The translations under genes and the position numbers were made by a program. The notes beneath the pieces are model-generated. The model had not been told where the DNA came from and did not search any database. It saw nothing but the letters and a program-made list of their open reading frames with translations. A stretch of DNA of 12,440 bases from Candidatus Methylomirabilota bacterium. Its GTDB lineage: Bacteria; Methylomirabilota; Methylomirabilia; Rokubacteriales; CSP1-6. The stretch covers positions 1 to 12,440 of the forward strand of contig JBKPAK010000052.1 in NCBI GenBank assembly GCA_046726415.1, in the 5' to 3' direction. Position 1 is the stretch's first letter. Every line of letters starts with the position of its first letter. Positions 1 through 6,661 of the stretch are shown here, piece after piece.

Positions 1-459
1 CGCGAGCCCGAGTACTACGCCAAGCAGGCCAAGGTGCTCTCGAACTTGATCAACATTCTCGGCTATACGGTGGCGATGTTCATGGCCATCGGGGCAACCT
101 TCGGCGCCCTCAACTGCATGTACTCGGCGATCGCCAGCCGCCAGGTCGAGATCGCCACCCTCCGCGCCATTGGCTTCAACGGCGGCCCTGTGGTCGTCTC
201 CGTGATGATCGAGGCGCTGTTGCTCGCACTGCTGGGCGGGGCGGTGGGCGGGGCCCTCGCCTACGTCTACTGCGACGGCGCCTCGCTCTCGACCCTCAAC
301 TTCAACACCTTTTCACAGGTGGCGTTCGACTTCCGGGTAACTCCGAGCCTCCTGGGGCAGGGTCTGCTGTGGGCGCTGCTCATCGGTTCCGCCGGCGGCC
401 TGTTCCCGGCCATCCGCGCGGCGCGGCTCCCGGTGACGGCGGCGCTGCGGACCATGTAG
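1..459 (+). CDS. ABC transporter permease, FtsX/MacB-like family (3' part; 5' end outside window)
   Basis: Frame is open from base 1 (REPEYYAKQAKVLSNLINILGY...) to TAG at 457-459. It has the 'SRQVEIATLRAIGF' motif, hydrophobic TM segments and the C-terminal 'GLFPAIRAARLPVTAALR' typical of FtsX-domain permeases. Confidence 0.9.
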   Translation, partial: REPEYYAKQAKVLSNLINILGYTVAMFMAIGATFGALNCMYSAIASRQVEIATLRAIGFNGGPVVVSVMIEALLLALLGGAVGGALAYVYCDGASLSTLNFNTFSQVAFDFRVTPSLLGQGLLWALLIGSAGGLFPAIRAARLPVTAALRTM

Positions 460-460
460 A

Positions 461-533
461 TGGGGGGCCCCGAAAGGGCCCCCCAAGCCCCCCGGGCGCT
501 CGGGACGCCCCGGCGGAGCCGGGGCGGCCCTCG
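461..533. repeat. REP-like double-hairpin extragenic element, copy 1
   Basis: Hairpin 1 is TGGGGGGCCC-CGAAA-GGGCCCCCCA (461-485). Hairpin 2 is CGCCCCGGC-GGA-GCCGGGGCG (506-526). It starts 1 nt after the permease stop and aligns along its length with 7657-7726. Confidence 0.8.
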
Positions 534-880
534 ATATCGCGCGGCATTGGGGCGGGCTGCCGCGGCCACGGCCTTCCCGCTCCGGGGGCCGCGGCGGAGC
601 CGGGGCGCCCCTCGATATCGCGCGGCGCTGGGGAGGGCTGACACTGCTACGGCGTTCGCGCTCGGGGGGCCGCGGCGAAGCCTGGGCGGCCCTCGATATC
701 GCGCGGCATTGGGGCGGGCTGACGCGGCCACGGCCTTCCCGCTCCGGGGGCCGCGGCGAGCCGGGGCGCCCCTCGATATCGCGCGGCGCTGGGGAGGGCT
801 GACACTGCTACGGCCTTCCCGCTCCGGGGGCCGCGGCGGAGCCGGGGCGGCCCTCGATCTGGCGCGACGGTTGGGCGGGC
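497..880. repeat. 81-bp tandem repeat array (4 full units plus partial and degenerate flanks; A-B-A-B higher-order pattern)
   Basis: The anchor CTCGAT(ATCGCGCGGC) recurs at 530, 611, 692, 772 and, degenerate, 853, giving periods of 81, 81, 80 and 81. Units 1 and 3 carry ATTGGGGCGGGCTG(C/A)CGCGGCCAC; units 2 and 4 carry GCTGGGGAGGGCTGACACTGCTAC. Confidence 0.95.
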
Positions 881-905
881 GGACCCAGATGCTTTCGGCG
901 GCTCC

Positions 906-1382
906 TTAGGAGCGGCGCCAGAGGCCGCGCTCGGCCTGTCGGGCGTCGCGCTGCAGCTTGACGAGGAGCTCTTGATGGCGGACGTTCGGCGGGATCGTCA
1001 TCACCTGGGCGTATCCGCGGCGCACGAGCTCGGCGTTGACCATTGTCTCGCCTATCCACACGTAGGCGAGGAGTCGCCCGTAGCGGTCGCGCTCCTGCAC
1101 GTCGAGCTCAAGTCGCACTTGGCGCCCTGCGACGAGGGCGCGATTAAGCGCGGCGGCCTCTCGTCCCCCCGGCTGCTCGCCTTTGCTCGGATGATGAACT
1201 TCCGGAGTGTTCACGCCAATGTAGCGGACCTTCTCCACCCGACCGGCGACGCGGACATGAATGGTGTCGCCGTCCACGACCTTGACCACTTCTCCGGCCA
1301 CTCCGGCCCGCGCCGTCGCGATGGCGGTGACGGCGAGGCAGGCCAGGACCAGAAGGAGGACGAGCGAAACAGCCCGGCGCAT
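906..1382 (-). CDS. Thermonuclease (staphylococcal nuclease, SNase-like) with N-terminal signal peptide
   Basis: SNase motifs VVDGDTI, VRYIGVNTPE, DRYGRLLAYV, NAELVRRGYA and ERGLW are present. The N-terminus MRRAVSLVLLLVLACLAVTAIATARA looks like a signal peptide. Confidence 0.95.
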   Translation of the reverse strand: MRRAVSLVLLLVLACLAVTAIATARAGVAGEVVKVVDGDTIHVRVAGRVEKVRYIGVNTPEVHHPSKGEQPGGREAAALNRALVAGRQVRLELDVQERDRYGRLLAYVWIGETMVNAELVRRGYAQVMTIPPNVRHQELLVKLQRDARQAERGLWRRS

Positions 1383-1518
1383 GGCCCCACCGTTTCATTG
1401 GGGTCTGCATGGTGTCAACTTTCGGAGACACGTTCCTCTTACCCACCACCCCCATGCCGCAACGCCTCGCCTGCGGAAGCGCTACCGTCGGTTGCGCGCG
1501 CTGCTGAGACGATCGCGC

Positions 1519-2496
1519 CTATGCCGTTGCCGGGATCAGATTGAGCGGGACTTCGCCCCGCGCGGTCCGGTGAATGTTCTCGGCGATGAGCGTGGCCCGC
1601 GCCTCCATCATCCCCTCGGTCCAGCCAGAGACGTGCGGCGTCATGAGCACGTTGGTCAGCTCATGGAACGGGTGGTGCGCGGGGCGGGTAGGGCCTGGGG
1701 CGTCGGGATATCGATACCAGACGTCCAGAGCCGCGCCCGCGATCGTCCGATCGGCCAGCGCCCGATAGAGCGACTCCTCCTCGACGATCTCGGCGCGCGC
1801 CACGTTGACGAGGAAGGCGGTCGGCTTCATCGTTCGCAACTGCTTGCCGGCGAGGAGACCGCGGGTGGCTTCCGTGAGCGACAGCGCGACGAGCAGGTAG
1901 TCTGAGCGCGACAGCACCTCGTCGAGTGCGTCGAGGCCGCCGAGAAGAGCCAGATCGTCCATCGCCGATCGCCCGACGTCGCGGCGGATGGCGCAGATCG
2001 CCATGTCGAACGCCCGGGCGCGCCGGGCCACGCACTGACCGATCCGCCCGTAGCCGAGAATGCCGAGCGTCTTCCCGGCCAGCTCTGGCCAGACCGGCGG
2101 GGGCGGTACCGACACCGCCCACTGGCTCTCCCAGTCTCCTCGTCGCAGGCTGGCGTCCACGCGGCAGAAGCCTCGGTTCAGGGCCAGCATGGCCCCGATC
2201 GCATACTCGGCGATGCCGACCTCGTGGCCGTAGGCATTCGCCAGCCACGCCCCGGCCGGAAGCGCGGATCGGTCGATCCGGTCGAGGCTGGCGCCGGGCA
2301 CCTGCACGAGCTTCAGCCGTGGAGCCGATGCCCCCATCGCGCCCGTAAACCCCATGGTCACCAGCACGTCGACGTCGGGTAGCCGCGGGATGAACCTGCC
2401 CTCCTCCACGATGACGTCGCACGGAATGGCCAGACGAAGCCGGACGTGTTCCGCGAGGCGAGCGGCGAAGACTCCGGTGAAGGCGACGCGCAGCAT
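1519..2496 (-). CDS. D-isomer-specific 2-hydroxyacid dehydrogenase
   Basis: Motifs GILGYGRIG (NAD binding), LVNVARAEIVEE, AGAALDVW and LMTPHVSG. Start placed at ATG 2496 (MLRVAFTG) because AAAGGAGG lies just upstream (2503-2510, minus strand). Confidence 0.92.
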   Translation of the reverse strand: MLRVAFTGVFAARLAEHVRLRLAIPCDVIVEEGRFIPRLPDVDVLVTMGFTGAMGASAPRLKLVQVPGASLDRIDRSALPAGAWLANAYGHEVGIAEYAIGAMLALNRGFCRVDASLRRGDWESQWAVSVPPPPVWPELAGKTLGILGYGRIGQCVARRARAFDMAICAIRRDVGRSAMDDLALLGGLDALDEVLSRSDYLLVALSLTEATRGLLAGKQLRTMKPTAFLVNVARAEIVEEESLYRALADRTIAGAALDVWYRYPDAPGPTRPAHHPFHELTNVLMTPHVSGWTEGMMEARATLIAENIHRTARGEVPLNLIPATA

Positions 2497-2551
2497 CGGT
2501 GCCCTCCTTTCCGATATTGCGAATAATCCTCGGCGCGGCGCGCCGGGCATT

Positions 2552-2572
2552 CAATTCCCTGGCGGGGAATTG
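2552..2572. promoter_or_regulatory. Palindromic operator candidate between divergent dehydrogenase and regulator
   Basis: Perfect 8-bp inverted repeat CAATTCCC-N5-GGGAATTG, further flanked by CGGGCA (2544-2549) and TGCCCG (2574-2579). It is AT-richer than its surroundings. Confidence 0.65.
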
Positions 2573-2662
2573 CTGCCCGCCGGTGCGCGCGTACGTTCGG
2601 GCTCGTGAGAGGTGGACGCCGCGCGCAGGTGCCTCGATGGCGATAGACTCGAGGCCCGGGCG

Positions 2663-3484
2663 ATGACGAATCAGACGGTCAAGAGCTTCGGCTCCCGCCT
2701 GCGCTGGTGGCGCGAGCGCCGTGGCCTGTCCCAGCTCGAGCTCGCCGCTGCCGCATCAACCACCCAAAGACACGTGAGCTTTCTGGAGTCCGGGCGCACC
2801 TCGCCGAGCCGCGAGATGGTGCTGCGCCTCGCCGCCACGCTCGACGTTCCACTCCGGCAACAGAATGCACTGCTCCTGGCCGCGGGCTTTGCCCCGGCCT
2901 GGCATGAGCGCGATCTCTCCGCCCCGGAGCTTGCCAAGGTCAACAGCGCGCTGGACTTCATGCTGGCGCAACAAGAGCCGTATCCGGGTTTCGTGGTCGA
3001 CCGGCGTTGGAACGTGTTGCGCGCAAATCTCGGGGCCCAACGGCTCACCGAATATCTCACCGGACCGGCGCCGGCGCCGCCGCCCTCAGAGCCCGTCAAT
3101 CTGGCCGAAGCGCTGGTGTCTCCCGACGGCCTCCGGCCGTTCATCGACAACTGGGAAGATGTCGCCCTTTACTTTCTTCGCGGCGTCCAGGCCGACGCAC
3201 TCGCTGACGGCACGGCCGAAACGGCCCAGCTCCTGAAGCGACTGCTTGCATTTCCTGGCCTTCCCGCGCTGTCGCAGGTCGTGCCGCCGGGAGAAGGGCA
3301 AGCACCGGTGCTGGCCATCCACTTTCGCCGTGATCAGACGTCGCTCCGCCTGTTCACGGCGATTGCCACGCTCGGCACACCCCTCGACGTGACAGTGCAG
3401 GAGATCAGAGTGGAGGGTTTCTTCCCGGCCGACGACGAAACCGCGCAGATCCTCCACGAGTGGGCGGGTCGCGCGAAGACCTAG
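2663..3484 (+). CDS. XRE-family HTH transcriptional regulator with MmyB-like ligand-binding domain
   Basis: N-terminal HTH_3-like region LRWWRERRGLSQLELA...RHVSFLESGR.SPSREMVLRLA, then QEPYPGFVVDRRWNV and TLGTPLDVTVQEIRVEGFFPAD. Start placed at ATG 2663 (MTNQTVKSFG). Confidence 0.9.
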   Translation: MTNQTVKSFGSRLRWWRERRGLSQLELAAAASTTQRHVSFLESGRTSPSREMVLRLAATLDVPLRQQNALLLAAGFAPAWHERDLSAPELAKVNSALDFMLAQQEPYPGFVVDRRWNVLRANLGAQRLTEYLTGPAPAPPPSEPVNLAEALVSPDGLRPFIDNWEDVALYFLRGVQADALADGTAETAQLLKRLLAFPGLPALSQVVPPGEGQAPVLAIHFRRDQTSLRLFTAIATLGTPLDVTVQEIRVEGFFPADDETAQILHEWAGRAKT

Positions 3485-3573
3485 GCGCGGCCGCGAGGCG
3501 GCGGTCAGATCATCGCGGAGTGCCTCGGGTGTCCGACGCGCGCAGGGGCTCGGGCGGGGCCCACTGTTCCCGA

Positions 3574-4209
3574 CTACTTCCGGTTGCCGCTCGAGAGGGC
3601 GGCGGCCACGCCGAGGCCGATGTACATGCCGCCGGACACCCACCGCCCGCCCGCCAGGAACCGAGCGTTCGCGCGCAGCCATCGCCGCGCCGCGCCAGCG
3701 CTGACCGCGTAGAGTCCGTCGGTGAGCACACCGAGTGACACGAAGAGCAACCCCAGGGCGAGGATCTGCGCGGCGACGGCGCCCCGTGCGACGTCGACGA
3801 ACTGGGGGAGGAACGCAAGGAAGAACAGCGCCGTCTTCGGATTCAGGACGTTGACCACGATGCCATCGACGAATGCGCGGTGGAGCGGGGCGTAGTCGGC
3901 GCATGTCGTGGTTTCGGCATGGCGGTGGAGGACACGGCGCACCCCCAGATAGACGAGGTAGGCGGCCCCCAGATACTTCACCACGCCGAACGCGGTGGCC
4001 GAGGCGGCGAGCAGAGCCGACAGGCCGACCGCGGCCGCGGCAATGTGGACGAGGGTGCCGACGTGCACGCCGAGCATGGAGATCAGTCCCGCGCGGCGCC
4101 CCTGATCGATGCTCCGGGCGACGATGTAGAGCACCGCCGGTCCCGGTGTCAGCAGCGGGACGAGAGCCGCAGCGACGAAGACGCCGAGGCTCGACCAGTC
4201 CGGAAGCAT
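3574..4209 (-). CDS. LysE/RhtB-family amino acid exporter
   Basis: Motifs TPGPAVLYIV, VKYLGAAYLVYLG and NVLNPKTALFFLAFLPQFV. Start at ATG 4209 (MLPDWSSL) with GAGGAG about 10 nt upstream. Confidence 0.93.
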   Translation of the reverse strand: MLPDWSSLGVFVAAALVPLLTPGPAVLYIVARSIDQGRRAGLISMLGVHVGTLVHIAAAAVGLSALLAASATAFGVVKYLGAAYLVYLGVRRVLHRHAETTTCADYAPLHRAFVDGIVVNVLNPKTALFFLAFLPQFVDVARGAVAAQILALGLLFVSLGVLTDGLYAVSAGAARRWLRANARFLAGGRWVSGGMYIGLGVAAALSSGNRK

Positions 4210-4278
4210 GTACGGACATCTCCTCGTGGCTCGATCTGGGCGCGTCGGCCCGCGCCAGGACAGGTCAAGTGTACCCAA

Positions 4279-4296
4279 GCCCGGCAGGAGCCGGGC
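4279..4296 (-). terminator. GC hairpin just after the glmS stop (possible terminator or processing hairpin)
   Basis: GCCCGGC-N4-GCCGGGC forms a perfect 7-bp stem 9 nt downstream of the glmS TGA. Only TT follows on the minus strand, so it is not a classic intrinsic terminator. Confidence 0.35.
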
Positions 4297-4305
4297 GGTC
4301 CACGT

Positions 4306-6087
4306 TCACTTCACCGTGACGCTCTTCGCGAGGTTGCGCGGCTTGTCGGGATCGTGGCCGCGTCGGCGGGCCAGGTCGTACGCCAGCAGCTGAGCGGGAA
4401 CGGCGTTGACGATGGGCGTGGCCGGCCCGAGATCCGCGACGGGAATGTGATGGTCGAAGGCCTCGTGCGGCTCGGGCGAGAGCCCGATGAGCATCGCTCC
4501 GCGCGCCTTCACCTCCATGGCTCCGGAGAGGATGTCCTCGCGCGTCTCGTCGCGCGGGGCCACGACGAGACACGGGGTTCCGGGCTCGATCAGGGCAATC
4601 ACCCCGTGCTTCAGCTCGCCGCCGGCGAAGCCCTCGGCATGCAGATAGCTGACCTCCTTCACCTTGAGCGCCGCCTCCAGGGCGAGAGGGTAGCTCGGAC
4701 CCCGCCCAATGACGAAGAGATGCCCGTGACTCTGCAGGCGCTCGGCGAGCTGGCCGATCAGCCCACGCCGGTGGTCGGTGAGCAGGCGCTCGATTTCATC
4801 AGCCGCGCGTTGCACGAGGGCCGCGCCCAGCTTGGACTGACCGGCCAGCGCATGCGCCACGCGCAAGACGACGGCGAGCTTGGCGGTGAAGCTCTTGGTA
4901 GCGAGCACACAGCGCTCGGGACCCGCCCCCAGCGGCACCGGGCAGTCCGCGAGCCGCCAGAGGCTGGAGCCCTCGACGTTGACGAGAGCGGCGATCAGGG
5001 CGCCGCGGCGCCGGGCGGCCTGGACCGCCTCGATGACGTCGATGGTTTCGCCGCTCTGGGAGAAGGCCACGACGAGAGATCCCTCGTCGACGAAGTTGCC
5101 GAGAAGGGCAAACTCCGAGGCCGGGGCAAAGGTGACCCGCCGGCCGGCGATTCTGGCCATCAGGTACTGGGCGGCCAGCGCGGCGTGGCCGGCCGTGCCA
5201 CAACCGACGACGACCACGTCCCTCGTGTCGCGCAGCAAGGCGGCGAACCGCTGAACGTGCGTGGCCCAGCCGGTGGCGATGCGGCGCAGCACCTCCGGCT
5301 GCTCGTGGATTTCCTTGGTCATAAAGTCGGAATAGCCGCCCAACTCGGCGGCCGTGGCCTCCCACTCGACCTCGGCGATCGCCGGAGTTACCTCCTGGGT
5401 CGTCGCCAAGTCGAAGAGGCGCACCGAGGTCGGATCGAGGAGCGCTGCCTGGCCGTCCTCGACGAAGGTGACTCGGCGCGTGTGCTCGAGCAGGGCGCTG
5501 TAGTCCGAGGCGATCAGATTGCCCCCTTCGCTCCAACCCAGCACGAGCGGAGAACCATTCTTGGCGGCGGCCAGCTGTCCGGTACGCACGTCCAGAACGG
5601 CGATGGCGTTCAGCCCGTGGAGCTGGCGAAAGGCCGCCATGACCGCCGTCACCAGCTGATCGGGTCCGGCCGGTGTCCGGGCCAGGCAATCCTCGAGCAG
5701 ATGCACCACGACCTCGGTGTCAGTCTCGGAACGCATCCGATGGCCGGCCCGAACGAGTGGTTCGCGCAGTTCGCGGTAGTTGGACACGATCCCGTTGTGG
5801 ATGAGGGCGAGGCGCCCAGAGCAATCGAGGTGCGGATGCGCGTTGCGCTCCGTCACCCCCCCATGGGTGGCCCACCGCGTGTGCCCGAGACCGATGGCGC
5901 TGGCCGGCAGACCGGTGACGGCATCGCCGATCTTGCCGACCCGCCTCTCGACGGCCACGCTACCGTGGCGCGCCACCGCGATGCCCCATGAGTCGTAGCC
6001 GCGATACTCGAGCTTTCTGAGCCCGCGCAGGACGATGCCCGCCGCTTCGTCGCCGTCGCTCCCAAGATACCCAAAGATCCCGCACAT
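4306..6087 (-). CDS. glmS: Glutamine--fructose-6-phosphate aminotransferase (isomerizing)
   Basis: N-terminal MCGIFG (catalytic Cys1), LEYRGYDS, GHTRWATHG, SETDTEV, SQSGET, ELKHG and C-terminal PRNLAKSVTV. True start is ATG 6087 with AGAGGA upstream; the ORF-track extension to 6243 is UTR. Confidence 0.98.
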   Translation of the reverse strand: MCGIFGYLGSDGDEAAGIVLRGLRKLEYRGYDSWGIAVARHGSVAVERRVGKIGDAVTGLPASAIGLGHTRWATHGGVTERNAHPHLDCSGRLALIHNGIVSNYRELREPLVRAGHRMRSETDTEVVVHLLEDCLARTPAGPDQLVTAVMAAFRQLHGLNAIAVLDVRTGQLAAAKNGSPLVLGWSEGGNLIASDYSALLEHTRRVTFVEDGQAALLDPTSVRLFDLATTQEVTPAIAEVEWEATAAELGGYSDFMTKEIHEQPEVLRRIATGWATHVQRFAALLRDTRDVVVVGCGTAGHAALAAQYLMARIAGRRVTFAPASEFALLGNFVDEGSLVVAFSQSGETIDVIEAVQAARRRGALIAALVNVEGSSLWRLADCPVPLGAGPERCVLATKSFTAKLAVVLRVAHALAGQSKLGAALVQRAADEIERLLTDHRRGLIGQLAERLQSHGHLFVIGRGPSYPLALEAALKVKEVSYLHAEGFAGGELKHGVIALIEPGTPCLVVAPRDETREDILSGAMEVKARGAMLIGLSPEPHEAFDHHIPVADLGPATPIVNAVPAQLLAYDLARRRGHDPDKPRNLAKSVTVK

Positions 6088-6180
6088 GCGCTGTCCTCTC
6101 TTCGGGGCCGGTACGCGCGATCCAGACTCACGACGGGCAGTCGAACGCCGCCGCTGGCCTCGGGGAGGGGGAAGGGAATG

Positions 6181-6244
6181 GCGAGACGGGTCAGGAAGAA
6201 CCCGCCGCACCTCGCGAGACGGGTCAGCACAACCCGCCGGCACC
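6181..6244 (-). repeat. Two-copy 33-bp-period direct repeat forming tandem hairpins in the glmS 5' UTR
   Basis: GCGAGACGGGTCAGGAAGAACCCGCCGCACC (6181-6211) and GCGAGACGGGTCAGCACAACCCGCCGGCACC (6214-6244). On the mRNA each folds as GGCGGGUU-loop-GACCCGUC. Confidence 0.8.
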
Positions 6245-6378
6245 CTGGGTGGCCTTTGTCAGCGCGTCACCGCACTGGTTTGCTCCACCCATCACGACCG
6301 TGCCCGCCGAGGGACCACCCGCCGAATAGTTCGATCGGTCCCTGCCTCGTCATCCGCCCGAAGGCGGACCTGGCGCTT
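6239..6378 (-). ncRNA. glmS glucosamine-6-phosphate-activated ribozyme (riboswitch)
   Basis: Minus strand reads AAGCGCCAGG-[TCCGCC TTCG GGCGGA]-TGACGAGG-CAGGGACC-GATCGAACTATTCGGCGG-GTGGTCCCT-CGGCGGGCACGGTCG...TGGGTGG-AGCAAACCAGTGCGGTGACGCGCTGACAAAGG-CCACCCA-GGGTGCC. The hallmark core motifs (AGCGCC, GACGAGG, ATCGAA..TTCGGCGG, AAAC..GGTGAC..ACAAA) are present in order, upstream of glmS on the same strand. Confidence 0.95.
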
Positions 6379-6450
6379 GTCCTGCGCGACCCCTCGATCC
6401 CCTCCGGATCGCCCTCGCGCCCCTCCTTCCCGGTCTTGATCGCTGAGACG

Positions 6451-6478
6451 ATCTTACCAGCCGGCCCGGCGAGCGCAA
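6451..6478 (-). promoter_or_regulatory. Putative sigma70-type promoter for the glmS ribozyme-glmS transcript
   Basis: Minus strand TTGCGC (6478-6473), 16-nt spacer, then TAAGAT (6456-6451) with an extended -10 TG (TGGTAAGAT). It lies about 70 nt upstream of the ribozyme cleavage site. Confidence 0.55.
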
Positions 6479-6561
6479 GCGCCCTGGCGCGATCAGCACC
6501 CTCACTCCGGTGTCCCGACGTGCGTGTCTCATTCACCGAGTACGGCGCGCCGACCGCGCGC

Positions 6562-6585
6562 GGATTGCCAGGGGCAAAGCAATCC
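6562..6585. promoter_or_regulatory. Inverted repeat upstream of the DUF4394-like gene (possible TF site)
   Basis: GGATTGC-N10-GCAATCC, perfect 7-bp arms, in the divergent intergenic region. Confidence 0.35.
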
Positions 6586-6661
6586 ATTCCTCCGCACGTC
6601 CGCGTATCCCCTCGTGAAGCGCGCGCCACAACGCAACAACGCACAGTCAAGGAGGGAGCAA

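Noticed and set aside
497-880. CRISPR array
   Set aside because: The intervening segments are homologous to each other and recur (A-B-A-B) instead of being unique spacers. There is no AT-rich leader and no cas gene in the window.
460-909. 149-aa repeat protein ORF (and antisense 267..731)
   Set aside because: It is the translation of the DNA repeat. The 80-bp unit shifts the repeat frame, the composition is Arg/Gly/Ala-rich GC noise, and it begins inside the REP-like hairpin.
906-1382. Thermonuclease plus adjacent repeat array as a defence or RNA-guided system
   Set aside because: The nuclease has a secretion signal and belongs to a common housekeeping family. The array derives from a dispersed repeat also found elsewhere in the window, and only adjacency links them.
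1390-1418. Perfect TTGACA (minus strand, 1418-1413) upstream of the thermonuclease
   Set aside because: No acceptable -10 hexamer at 16-18 nt spacing.
3880-5991. 703-aa plus-strand ORF
   Set aside because: Antisense shadow of glmS and lysE caused by high-GC codon bias; no recognisable motifs.
6088-6243. 52-aa N-terminal extension of GlmS in the ORF track
   Set aside because: GlmS needs Cys directly after the initiator Met, an SD precedes 6087, and the region is the ribozyme-containing UTR.
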